Positions 1 through 9,476 of a stretch of DNA of 64,000 bases are shown here, piece after piece. Within the stretch, counting starts at the first letter, position 1. Each line of letters begins with the position of its first letter. Origin of the DNA: Thermoproteota archaeon (GTDB lineage Archaea > Korarchaeota > Korarchaeia > Korarchaeales > Korarchaeaceae); NCBI GenBank assembly GCA_026986575.1, contig JALSOH010000009.1, positions 64,001-128,000 on the forward strand, read 5' to 3'. The notes under the pieces were generated by a model that was not told the origin of the DNA, made no database searches, and saw nothing but the letters and a program-made list of their open reading frames with translations. The translations under genes were made by a program, and so were the position numbers.

Positions 1-560
1 GTAAATCGACGCTGATAAGGAGGCTCGATCCTTGGGCCGTCAGGATGGACTACTCCAAGGGCACCTTCTCAACCACCGTTGGCTTCGACTACGGCATAGT
101 CCTCTGGGACGCTACTGAGGACAGGATATACAGGAGGGATCAGATAGATCTCGTGGACCCCTCGAACGAGATATGGAAGGTCACCATAACCGGAACTCCG
201 GGACAGATAGCCTTTTCAGGAGCTAGGAAAGCCTTATTGAGGGGTAAGAACGCTGTCATACTTCTGATAGATGCCACTCAACCTGCTCATCTAGTTTATG
301 CCATGGAGCAGTATCAAGAAGCTAAGGAAGTCTTGGGATCCGGATTTCCCATGGTTATTTTCTCTAATAAGCACGACCTCCCAATAGCCAGAGACCCCAA
401 GCAGATGGTACCCCTGCTGGGAATAAGAGCAGATGTTTGGGAGATCTCGGCACTTAAAGGGAGTAACGTGGAACGAGCTTTTAAGAGTTTTCTCGGGAAG
501 GTCCGGAGGTATCTCATACTTGAATCGGTCACCGAGATCGTAGGTAGACGCTGGTTATGA
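1..560 (+). CDS. Small Ras-superfamily GTPase (MglA/CvnD-like), 5'-truncated by window edge
   Basis: The frame of ORF 45..560 is open back to base 3 and reads (G)KSTLIRRL (end of P-loop). Also TTVGFDYG (G2 region), GTPGQ (G3), NKHD (G4), SALKG (G5). Confidence 0.85.
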   Translation, partial: KSTLIRRLDPWAVRMDYSKGTFSTTVGFDYGIVLWDATEDRIYRRDQIDLVDPSNEIWKVTITGTPGQIAFSGARKALLRGKNAVILLIDATQPAHLVYAMEQYQEAKEVLGSGFPMVIFSNKHDLPIARDPKQMVPLLGIRADVWEISALKGSNVERAFKSFLGKVRRYLILESVTEIVGRRWL

Positions 561-610
561 TGAGCTAACCTCTGGCGAGTGAATGAAGGAGGAGACCATC
601 CGATCATCAT

Positions 611-700
611 GACAGCTCGCATAAGAGCTGTCCTATGACTTCGAGGTACCAAGGTTGCGAGATTCGAGCATGTTGAGCGCCCAGTGGGCGCTCAATGCTC
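611..700. repeat. Two intergenic inverted repeats/hairpins
   Basis: GACAGCTC-gcataa-GAGCTGTC (611-632) and TTGAGCGCCCA-g-TGGGCGCTCAA (673-695), extendable by GAGCA/TGCTC (666-700). Confidence 0.7.
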
Positions 701-759
701 AAAGAGCGCCGTTAAATCGTGCTTACACCCAGCCATAGGAGGGGATTCCTCAAAATGAA

Positions 760-1204
760 ATGGAATGGATAGCTAAATCTAAATCAAAAACCTTAATAAT
801 CTCACAGTCTGCGCTTTCCCTCGCTTTAGTGCTGCTCACTGGCACAATGTCAGTTTCTGCCGTGGATCAATATACTGCGACCTATCTCTTGGATTTATAC
901 CAGAGGGCGAGAGCTGAGCTATTGAGTCTAGTCACTCTCTATGAAGGTGCGAATACGAACAACGCGCGCGCAAAAGAGCACCTTCTATCTCACCGGGTGC
1001 ACCTTATAAACCAAGAGGGTGGTGCGATTCTCTCCACATATCTGGCTGGAACGGGAGATAGGACATCGCGCGATTGTTGCGTCTTTGAGCTACATAAATC
1101 GAGCGCTGTATTACAGCGCAGGTCAAGATCACGCGGGGACGGCGGTTCACTCAGCTAAAAGGTCATCAGAAAGACCACTGTTACGGGATCGTCCCAGCGG
1201 ATAG
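760..1204 (+). pseudogene. Possible degraded gene for a secreted protein (two overlapping ORFs)
   Basis: 760..1158 starts with a signal-peptide-like segment; overlapping ORF 1019..1204 is in another frame; codon style is atypical; no family recognised. Confidence 0.25.
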
Positions 1205-1879
1205 TTTGTGCGCCATGTGCTCGATCCTCCTTAATCGGCTCTTTAGGGAGGGACTCCAAGAGAGCAAACCGAGAACTTCCCTTAGAGAGGGAGTGAATCC
1301 CACAACTAGGAAGGGACTTCCGGTCTTAGCGGCCGCCACCTTCAGGAGCGCTAATGCGAGATGGAAGGGCTTCCCAGTGGTCAACACGGAGAACTCATCG
1401 GCCCTGTACTCGAGCCTCCTCGACAGGGCGGCACCCATAATGGTCCCGACGGGAATATTCATCAGGCCGAGTGCTAGGGCTGCGATCCTCATCATCGAGT
1501 GGTGTTCCACCAGATGGCCCATCTCATGAGCCAGCACAGCCCTCAACTCCTCCTCGCTCAATAGATCCAGCATGCCGTCGGTCAATACGATGGCGCCGCT
1601 CCTGAATCCCACCTGACCAGCAAAGGCGTCTGGAGGACCGGGCCTTATCCCCAACCTCACCCTCCAACTTTGAGGGGCGATCCCCTCCAGAATTCGGTAA
1701 AGTTCGTGATCGTGGGGTAACCACTTTACCCTTAAGATGGAGAGCGCCATCCGACCCACTAGGATCTCCATCAGTGGGAGGGAAGCTATGGCTAGGGAGG
1801 AGAGCAGCAGGATCCAGGATCTGAGTTCAAGAGAGACCAAGAGCAGCACTCCTGACGTGACTAGGGCATAGAAGATCAT
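1181..1879 (-). CDS. M48/M56-like membrane zinc metalloprotease (BlaR/HtpX-like)
   Basis: N-terminal TM segments, AHEMGH (HExxH), downstream EYRAD motif; 4-bp overlap with the BlaI-like gene. Confidence 0.85.
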   Translation of the reverse strand: MIFYALVTSGVLLLVSLELRSWILLLSSLAIASLPLMEILVGRMALSILRVKWLPHDHELYRILEGIAPQSWRVRLGIRPGPPDAFAGQVGFRSGAIVLTDGMLDLLSEEELRAVLAHEMGHLVEHHSMMRIAALALGLMNIPVGTIMGAALSRRLEYRADEFSVLTTGKPFHLALALLKVAAAKTGSPFLVVGFTPSLREVLGLLSWSPSLKSRLRRIEHMAHKLSAGTIP

Positions 1880-2268
1880 TTCCCTACACTCTCCTCGATC
1901 CTCCTTAGCAGTTCCCTGAGCTCCTCCTCATCGAGCCGACTGGTACTCTCCTCGACGAACCTGAGGAGCGCCACCTTTCCCAAGATGCTAGAAATCTTGT
2001 CTACAGCCTCCCTCACCATCCTGCGCTCGTATTCCTCACGGGTCACCGCGGGCCTGTAGATATAGTAGGTACCGCCTCTCCCCCTCGCGCTCTCCCTCAG
2101 CAGGAGCCCCTTCCTGTACAACCTAGATACTACGGTACTGACGGTGGTGAACGAAAGTTTCCTCTCCCTGTCCCTATTTATCTCCTCGAATATCTCTCGT
2201 ACCGTCGCCTTTCCCTTTCGGAATAGGATCTCCATCACTTTAGGTTCTAGGGGCTCTCTGCCCATCAT
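1876..2268 (-). CDS. BlaI/MecI/CopY family transcriptional repressor
   Basis: LEPKVMEILF...ATVREIFE...LSFTTVSTVVSRLYRKGLL...YIYRPAVTREEY is the penicillinase-repressor wHTH pattern. Confidence 0.9.
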   Translation of the reverse strand: MMGREPLEPKVMEILFRKGKATVREIFEEINRDRERKLSFTTVSTVVSRLYRKGLLLRESARGRGGTYYIYRPAVTREEYERRMVREAVDKISSILGKVALLRFVEESTSRLDEEELRELLRRIEESVGK

Positions 2269-2284
2269 ACTACATGACGTAGTA
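2268..2284. promoter_or_regulatory. BlaI-type operator 1 (TACTAC-N5-GTAGTA)
   Basis: TACTACatgacGTAGTA overlapping the start codon of the repressor gene. Confidence 0.8.
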
Positions 2285-2336
2285 GCAATTTAAGTGATCG
2301 CATTCGGCTTTCACCTCCCATGAAACGATATATATA

Positions 2337-2359
2337 ACCTACTACATTATGTAGTAGGT
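2337..2359. promoter_or_regulatory. BlaI-type operator 2 just downstream of a TATA box
   Basis: Perfect 11-bp inverted repeat ACCTACTACAT-T-ATGTAGTAGGT, directly after GATATATATAA (about 2327-2337) and 6 bp before the ABC ATPase start. Confidence 0.85.
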
Positions 2360-2365
2360 GGCACC

Positions 2366-3301
2366 GTGATAGAGGTTCGGGGCCTCACCAAGGCCTATGG
2401 GGAGAATGTTGCGGTCCAAGACCTGAGCTTCTCCGTGCGGGAAGGAGAGACATTCGGGCTCCTAGGACCTAACGGTGCCGGTAAGACCACTACAATAAGG
2501 ATACTCGCGTGCATAATCCCGCCGGACTCCGGGAAAATAGTGGTGAACGGCTACAACGTGGTTGAGGATCCTCTCCTGGTGAAGGCCGGCGTCGGTCTCC
2601 TACCCGAGAGGATCTCCCTGTATGAGAGGCTAACGGTAATGGAGAACCTCCTCTTCTTCGCTCGCCTGTACGGGGTCGAGGAACCCGCGCTCAGGATAAA
2701 AGAGCTTCTCAACAAGCTGGAGATCCAGGATAGAGCTGATGAGCTCGTCTCCAAGCTCTCCAAGGGTTTGAAGCAGAGGGTTTCTATAGTCAGGGCCCTG
2801 CTGCACGATCCCCCGGTCCTCCTGTTGGACGAGCCCACATCTGGCTTGGATCCCATCAGTGCGGAGGTGATGAGGTCCCTAGTAAGGGATCTCTCCACCC
2901 AGGGCAGGACGATCCTGTTGAGTTCCCACAACCTCTGGGAGGTCCAGCAACTCTGTAACAGAGTTGCAGTGATAAACACTAGGCTCCTAGCACTGGGATC
3001 GGTGGATGAACTCTCAGAGAAGTTCTTGGGGCCTCCGAAGGTCAGGTTGCTGCTAGAGGAAGTGAGAAAAGAGGTGCTGGAAGCCATTCAATCGGTCAAC
3101 AGCGTCATTACCGTGGAAAGGAGGGATAAGGAGATTCTGATAGGGGTCAAGGATCCAGAGAAAGCGGTTCCCGTAATCAGTGAAGCTGCCATCAGGGCCG
3201 GAGGCCGCATCCTCGAGGTCAGCGTGGTGAGGCCCGGACTGGAGGAGCTCTTCGTGAGGGTGCTCAAAGATGAGATGGGACAGGATTCTAGCGGTGGCTA
3301 G
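2366..3301 (+). CDS. ABC-2 exporter ATP-binding subunit
   Basis: GPNGAGKTT, LSKGLKQR signature, LLLDEPTSGLD, H-loop, C-terminal LEELF tail. Confidence 0.95.
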   Translation: MIEVRGLTKAYGENVAVQDLSFSVREGETFGLLGPNGAGKTTTIRILACIIPPDSGKIVVNGYNVVEDPLLVKAGVGLLPERISLYERLTVMENLLFFARLYGVEEPALRIKELLNKLEIQDRADELVSKLSKGLKQRVSIVRALLHDPPVLLLDEPTSGLDPISAEVMRSLVRDLSTQGRTILLSSHNLWEVQQLCNRVAVINTRLLALGSVDELSEKFLGPPKVRLLLEEVRKEVLEAIQSVNSVITVERRDKEILIGVKDPEKAVPVISEAAIRAGGRILEVSVVRPGLEELFVRVLKDEMGQDSSGG

Positions 3302-4053
3302 GAAGGACTGGAGGGAAGCGATGAGGGGGACATGGATAATCGCTCCCTCAGTCTTCCTCGTCGCTTACTTCGGTGTCGTGCTGCCAGCCATCCTGATATA
3401 CGCGGCCAAGGCGACCGGCGAGGTGTTCATCCCCGTCAACATACCCTTCCCGATAAGGGTGGAGGGGGACCTGGCCAGATCCCTATACTTCGCCTTCCAG
3501 GCCGTCATACCCCTCATCTTCCTAGTGATTCCTTTAGCGGTATCCACCATACTCGCCGCTGACGGATTCGCAGGGGAGAGGGAGAGGGGGACCTTGGAAC
3601 TGCTGCTTGCTGCCCCTCTAGACGAGAGGGAGCTCCTCCTCGGGAAGGTACTGGCAGCTCTCGTTCCCGGAGTGGTATCCTCATGGGCGACCTTCCTGCT
3701 GATGGTGCCGACGGTGAACCTCCTGTCCTCCGACATATTCAACGGTCCTTGGTTCCCCCTGGGGCCGGAGTGGATCATTGTCATATTCCTCATATCTCCC
3801 CTGTACTCCTTCTTGGCCGTCGCGATAACGTGTGCCCTTTCATCCAAGGTAAGGAATGTGAAGGAGGCCCAGCAAGGCGCTGGCATCCTCATAGTCCCCT
3901 TACTGATCGTGGTGCTGGCTCAAGTCTTCTGGGGGGGTGGCAGTGGACGCTAAGGCGCTGATCTTGGCATCGCTCCTGATAGGGGGCGTGGATGCGACCA
4001 TGGTGCTCGTACTGCCGAGACTGTTCCACGGCATCAGATACATGCTGGAGTGA
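3270..4053 (+). CDS. ABC-2 exporter permease (apparent +1 frameshift in a G7 run)
   Basis: GERERGTLELLLAAPL motif and multiple TMs. The annotated ORF stops at 3953, but removing one G at 3931-3937 adds a final TM (VAVDAKALILASLLIGGVDATMVLVLPRLF...) ending at TGA 4053. Confidence 0.8.
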
Positions 4054-4155
4054 CGCCAGACCTCCAGTGGGATCGGGAGTAGAGGAAGGGAAAGGTGCTG
4101 TTACTGCACGCAGGGATTGGATACCAATCTCGCGCGTGAGACACCCCGATCCCCG

Positions 4156-4533
4156 CTACTTGGAGGTATCAGATCTATCTACACTCCTAGTCGCCACCAC
4201 TCTCGTCTCCAAGCCCAAAGGGCGATCCTCCAAGACCTGACCTATGGAGACTGGGGCCTCAACCTCCAAAGTGGCTAGGTAATTCATCAACTCACGGATC
4301 CTCTCCTTAGGTATGGGAGAATCGGTCTTCACGCTGACGACGGGCTCTTTCCCCCCTCTCACCCGTATCACGGTCATTACCACCCTTTTCGGGGATAGGA
4401 CTTCTTCCACGGCCCACTCCCTTCCCCGGGAGCAGTTGAATCCCCTCACATCCCTGACCTCGCTCCCCTCGACCTCCACCTCCACCGAGCAGCTGAGCGG
4501 GCAGATCACGCAGGTGAACCTGTAGACCGTCAT
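4156..4533 (-). CDS. DUF1667-type CxxC small subunit of a G3P dehydrogenase-like complex
   Basis: TCVICPLSC...GFNCSRG...VSVKTDSPIPK; last gene of the oxidoreductase operon. Confidence 0.85.
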   Translation of the reverse strand: MTVYRFTCVICPLSCSVEVEVEGSEVRDVRGFNCSRGREWAVEEVLSPKRVVMTVIRVRGGKEPVVSVKTDSPIPKERIRELMNYLATLEVEAPVSIGQVLEDRPLGLETRVVATRSVDRSDTSK

Positions 4534-5747
4534 CTGATCACCAGCGTGACCTTTCCTCCCCCTACTCCAGCTTTGATCCTGAGTCTGAGCATCTCAGACG
4601 GCTTGAGCACTGGCACCTTCCTCTTCAATCCGACCTCGGGCACTTCCACCAGCGCGTCCTCCACAGGCTTCGACACCCTCGCGTAGAGCCAGATTTCCCT
4701 GTCCCCTCCCAGCATGTGGGGGACGACGAACCTGACGTTTCCCTCCCTCCTGACCCTGATCCATCTCCTCGTGGGAATCCCACCACCTCTGATGAATTCC
4801 TCGGCGCCTCTCGCTGCGGTTCTGCCCTGCTCAACGGCGTAATCCACTAAGTCGTTTATGATCAGGGAGTTACCTGCAGCGAACACCCCGGGCAATGTGG
4901 TTTCGAGCCTGTCGTTGACCACTGGTCCACCAGTGGCGGGATCCATGACTGCTCCGGCTTTCCTGAGGACCTTAACCCTGGGAACCAGACCAGCAGATAT
5001 GAGGAGGGTGTCGCACTCCATCCAGAAACCCTCGCCAGCCCCCTCCAGCTCTTCATCTACCTTCACCACTTTAACCCGCTCGACCCTGCCCCTCCCCCTG
5101 ACCTCCGTCACCTTCTGGCTCAGATAAAGGGGTATGTCGAAGTCCCTGAGGATCATGAGGTTCCTCGCTAACCCGCCGGGGTAGGGCAGCATCTCCACGA
5201 CGGCAACCACCTCTGCCCCCTCGAGGGCGAACCTCCTCGCCATTATCAGGCCCACGTCCCCAGAGCCTACGATGACGACTTTCCTCCCAGGCATGACCCC
5301 GTAGAGGTCCATCATAGCTTGGGCCTCTCCTGCGGTGTAGATGCCGGCCACCCTATCGCCTGCTATTCCCACCTCAAACCTGTGCCTCTCCCTCGCCCCC
5401 GCAGCGTAAATCACCGCCTTGGCCTGCACAGTTTCGTTCCCTCGGGGTGATGCGTAGGTAACCTCCTTGACTAGGTCGGATCTCATCGCTATGGAGGTGA
5501 CATGGGCTTGGGTCCTAACCTCCACATCGCTCCTCCTCACCTCCTCAATCAGGCGGTGCGCGAACTCGGGTCCGGTCAGGTCCTCCCCGAGGCATTGGAG
5601 ACCGAATCCGGGATGGATGCACTGCGGTAGTATGCCGCCCAGTCTGGAGTTCTCGTCTAGGAGGAGGGTCCTTAATCCCAGCTTAGATGACTCAGAAGCT
5701 GCGGCCAGCCCAGCTGGGCCTCCACCCACGATCACCACGTCATACAT
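4530..5747 (-). CDS. FAD/NAD(P)-dependent oxidoreductase (pyridine nucleotide-disulfide family)
   Basis: GGGPAG, GGILPQCIHPGFG, GSGDVG and TTLPGVFAAGN motifs. Confidence 0.9.
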   Translation of the reverse strand: MYDVVIVGGGPAGLAAASESSKLGLRTLLLDENSRLGGILPQCIHPGFGLQCLGEDLTGPEFAHRLIEEVRRSDVEVRTQAHVTSIAMRSDLVKEVTYASPRGNETVQAKAVIYAAGARERHRFEVGIAGDRVAGIYTAGEAQAMMDLYGVMPGRKVVIVGSGDVGLIMARRFALEGAEVVAVVEMLPYPGGLARNLMILRDFDIPLYLSQKVTEVRGRGRVERVKVVKVDEELEGAGEGFWMECDTLLISAGLVPRVKVLRKAGAVMDPATGGPVVNDRLETTLPGVFAAGNSLIINDLVDYAVEQGRTAARGAEEFIRGGGIPTRRWIRVRREGNVRFVVPHMLGGDREIWLYARVSKPVEDALVEVPEVGLKRKVPVLKPSEMLRLRIKAGVGGGKVTLVIR

Positions 5748-5748
5748 G

Positions 5749-7170
5749 CTATCGCCTCAGGAGGACCTTCACATCACCCACTCCCAGCTCGCTCCCCCTT
5801 CCCTTCAAGGTGACCTCCCACAGTGGAACTCTAAACTCCTCGGCCAGTATCCTAGCTATTTCTATCCTGCAGAAGGATCCTTGGCACGTGCCCGTGGTTG
5901 CAGAGGTCCTGAACTTGACGGAGTCCACGCTCGGGATCTTCACCCCAATGCGCTTCATCCTCCTGATCGCCTCCCTTATCTCGGACTCCCTGACTAGGTT
6001 ACACCGGCAGATCACCCTTCCTCTAGCGGTTCCATCCCTGTGGATACCCCTCCTCTCGGCCTTCCACTTCGCCTTCTCCTTCAGATCGATGCCCATTCCC
6101 TCAAGTATCCTGACTACCTCCTTGGCGACAGCCGGGGCCGCCGTCAGTCCCGGAGACCTCATGCCAGCCACGTTCACGAATCCCCAAACATCCTCAGCCC
6201 TGATCACGAAGTCCCCTCCTGTTGGCTCCGGCCTCAGACCGGAGAATGTCCTTATCACTCTGCTAAGGGGAGGGAGGGGCCACATCTCTGATGCTCTCTC
6301 GTAGACCTCCCTCAGTCCCTTTGGAGTGGTGCTCCTATCATCCTTCTCCTCCTTCGGGAGGTCCTGAGCGTTCGGCCCCACCATGAGATGGCCCTGAACC
6401 TCTGTGGTGACCACGATCCCCTTACTCTTCTCGCTAGGGGTGGGGAAGAGCACCCTAGACGGCTTGGGACCGGCATCCTCGTCAAATATGAGGTATTCGC
6501 CCTTTCTAGGTCTTATCTCGAAGTAGTCGATCCCCGCCATCCTAGAAATCTCGTCGGCATGCAGTCCAGCGGCGTTTATCACGACATCGGCCTCCAAGAA
6601 TCCCGTATTGGTCCTTAACCCTTTCACCCTATCCCCGCTCACCTCCACCCCCCTGACCTCCGTATCAAGGTGCACCTTCACCCCGTTGTCGACCGCGTTC
6701 TCCACCAACGCAATCACCGCTTGAGGCGGCGAGATCTGACCGACGGTGGGAGCGTAGAGGGCGGCCTCCACCTTCATTAGGTTCGGTTCCATCGAGAGCG
6801 CTTCATCCCTCTCCAATATCCTCAGCTCCGGGACCCCGTTCCTCTCGCCCCTCCTCAAGAGCTCCTCTAACACCTTCACCTCCGACTCCTCCTTAGCTAT
6901 TACGAGGGCGCCGCTCCAGGCGTGAGGGATGTCCAGCTCCTCCACCCATCGATGCCAGATCCTGTTTCCTTCGACACAGAGCCTAGCCCTATTGGGAAAT
7001 CTGTCTGGGTCATCGTCGTATCCTGCGTGGATGAGGCCGGTATTCGCCTTACTCACTCCCCAACCGACGTCAGCTTTCCTCTCCACTAGATGGACTTCAA
7101 CCTCGTATCGACTCAGCTCCCTAGCTATGCTGGTCCCCACGATTCCAGCGCCTATGATAGCGACCCTCAT
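5749..7170 (-). CDS. FAD-dependent oxidoreductase, probable glycerol-3-phosphate dehydrogenase with a C-terminal BFD-like [2Fe-2S] domain
   Basis: GAGIVG, SKANTGLIHAGYD, SPGLTAAPA, ICRCN...GTCQGSFC; operonic with the GDPD gene. Confidence 0.85.
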   Translation of the reverse strand: MRVAIIGAGIVGTSIARELSRYEVEVHLVERKADVGWGVSKANTGLIHAGYDDDPDRFPNRARLCVEGNRIWHRWVEELDIPHAWSGALVIAKEESEVKVLEELLRRGERNGVPELRILERDEALSMEPNLMKVEAALYAPTVGQISPPQAVIALVENAVDNGVKVHLDTEVRGVEVSGDRVKGLRTNTGFLEADVVINAAGLHADEISRMAGIDYFEIRPRKGEYLIFDEDAGPKPSRVLFPTPSEKSKGIVVTTEVQGHLMVGPNAQDLPKEEKDDRSTTPKGLREVYERASEMWPLPPLSRVIRTFSGLRPEPTGGDFVIRAEDVWGFVNVAGMRSPGLTAAPAVAKEVVRILEGMGIDLKEKAKWKAERRGIHRDGTARGRVICRCNLVRESEIREAIRRMKRIGVKIPSVDSVKFRTSATTGTCQGSFCRIEIARILAEEFRVPLWEVTLKGRGSELGVGDVKVLLRR

Positions 7171-7195
7171 GGGATCTAACCCGACCTAACCTAAC

Positions 7196-7936
7196 CTACC
7201 TAAGGCCCATGCTCCTCAGTAGCTTCAGTGCTTTGGGCGGATCGTCGGTGATGACCGCGTCGAAAGTGCCAGCCAGCTCGGGCAGCAGCTGATGGAGGTG
7301 ATCATCGTTAGCGGCCCACAATATCAGCCTGAGCCCCATACTCCTGAGCATCTCCGATGCCGCGGCGAAGCCCTCAATGCCAAGGAGGTCAACTCCCTCC
7401 ACAGGTGCGTTCACGGAGAAAAGCCTCAATTCCCTAGTGAGGGAGGGGATCTTGGCGAGCATCTCCTCGCTATCTATCAGGAGACCTAGCCTCGCTTCAG
7501 GGTCGAGGGACCTCACCCTCCTCAAGGCATTAACGTCGAAGGATGAGTAGAGGACACGATCCGAGGAGCCAGTCTCCCTCACCACCTGGACACATCTCTC
7601 AGCAGCCCTCTCCTCCTTTATCTCCACGTTCACTAGCCTCTCAACTCTGGAGAGGACCTCCCTCAGGGTGGGAACGTGCTGACCCATCCCCAAGTCGGCC
7701 CTCCTTATCTCCGCCAGCGTGAGCTCACCTACCAGCCCGGACATGCTCGATGTCCTGTCCAAGGATTCATCGTGGATCACCACCACCTCTCCGTCGCCTG
7801 TTAGCCTCACGTCTAACTCTACCCCATCGGCTCCGGCCTTCACAGCCTCCTCGAAGGCCAATAACGAGTTCTCGGGATATAGAGCGCTGTATCCTCTATG
7901 GCCGAGCACAAGCACGCTACCAGCTTCCCAGCTCAT
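7196..7936 (-). CDS. glpQ: Glycerophosphodiester phosphodiesterase
   Basis: GHRG...PENS...GVELDV...VVIHD...R motifs, NVEIK, ITDDP. Confidence 0.92.
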   Translation of the reverse strand: MSWEAGSVLVLGHRGYSALYPENSLLAFEEAVKAGADGVELDVRLTGDGEVVVIHDESLDRTSSMSGLVGELTLAEIRRADLGMGQHVPTLREVLSRVERLVNVEIKEERAAERCVQVVRETGSSDRVLYSSFDVNALRRVRSLDPEARLGLLIDSEEMLAKIPSLTRELRLFSVNAPVEGVDLLGIEGFAAASEMLRSMGLRLILWAANDDHLHQLLPELAGTFDAVITDDPPKALKLLRSMGLR

Positions 7937-8022
7937 CGAGGTAGGGAGGTGAATGGAGCTTTTAAACTGGGTGTCAGTTGACGCCTTTTAAGGAACCGGT
8001 CCTTAGGGCCGCGGAGGTCAAC

Positions 8023-9299
8023 ATGCCCTCGGACCCGGACTTCAGCTATGGGCGTATATTTGTGCTGGGTTGGGTTTCTTCGGGATAAGCATAATATGGT
8101 CGCTCTACAATGCTTATGTTCCCATTTTCCTGAAGGACTTCGCCCTCTCTTCATTCATCATAGGGATCGTGATGGTCATAGACAACGTGTTCGCGATACT
8201 CCTTCTACCCTACCTCGGCGCCCTCAGCGACAGGACTAGGACCAGATGGGGGAGGAGAAAGCCCTACATAATGGTGGGCGCTCCCCTAGCCGCTCTCATG
8301 TTCGCGCTCATTCCCCTAGCTAGGGAGAGCGCTGACCTGGCGTTGATGATGGGGACCATAATCACGATGAACTTCTTCATGGCCCTCTTCCGTTCCCCTG
8401 TAATAGCTTTCATGCCCGACATCACTCCCTCCCAGTACAGAAGCCAAGCTAACGGGATAATCAACTTCATGGGCGGTGTGGGATCCCTCCTCGTGTACTT
8501 CGCCGGTAAGGTGCTCTACGACATCCATTACTCACTCCCCTTCCTCATCGGAGCTGCCCTCATGCTTCTAGCTAACCTCGTGGTAGTTCTCTTTGTCCCT
8601 GAACCCGAGGAATACAAGCATAAGGGGCAGAAACTCTATCTAAGGGAATTCTTTAGGAAGACGACGGAGGAGAGCTTCGGAGAGCTCAAGGAGAACCTCA
8701 AAGACGTGTTTTCCAGTGGTGAGAGGAGCCTGTTCTTCATGCTCCTCTCAATACTGCTGTGGTTCATAGCCTTCAACTCGCTGGAGACATTCTTCACCAG
8801 CTACGCCAAGTTCAGGCTTGGGATAGGCGAATCCACAGGAGCCCTCATACTGGGATTCGTGGCCCTCGGCTTTATACTCTTCTCACTACCAGCCGGGTTC
8901 ATAGGCGCGAGGTTCGGCAGGAGAAGGACTATTTCGCTGGGTCTCATACTGATCACGGTCATAATGCTGCTCGCCATCCAAGCGAGCGACTCCCCCAACG
9001 TCCTACCACTCTTCTCGGGCCTCTTCTTCTTGGGAGGATTGGGATGGGCTCTGGTGAACGTGAACTCCCTTCCCATGATCGTGGACATGACCGTGGATGA
9101 GAAACTGGGCGGGTATACGGGACTCTACTATTTCTTCTCCCAGGCGGCCAACATATTCGCTCCTCCCCTAGCTGGGCTCTTCATAGACGCTCTGGGATAC
9201 GATTCCCTCCTCCCATTCGCAATAGTTTTCTTCGCGGCCTCCCTACTGACCATGCAGTTCGTTAGGAGGGGTGAGATTAAGGTACTCGATCAACTGTAG
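8023..9299 (+). CDS. MFS transporter (SLC45/GPH-like); apparent 1-nt deletion near 8070
   Basis: About 12 TMs and GALSDRTRTRWGRRKPY. ATG 8023 has a GGAGG RBS and encodes MPSDPDFSYGRIFVLG, which joins LGFFGISIIW if one T is added at about 8070. Confidence 0.85.
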
Positions 9300-9476
9300 G
9301 CTTCCTTCCACATCACGCCTTCCTCCTTTCAACCCAACTAACCAATTCAAACAAACAAATTTATATTCACTTTACCACAATTCAACTTATTTTTTACGAA
9401 CAAAGTCGCTTATATCTTATTGACTGAGTCGCTGGTAAACAAGATTGTTTGTATCTAAGTAGTTTACCTTAGACTC

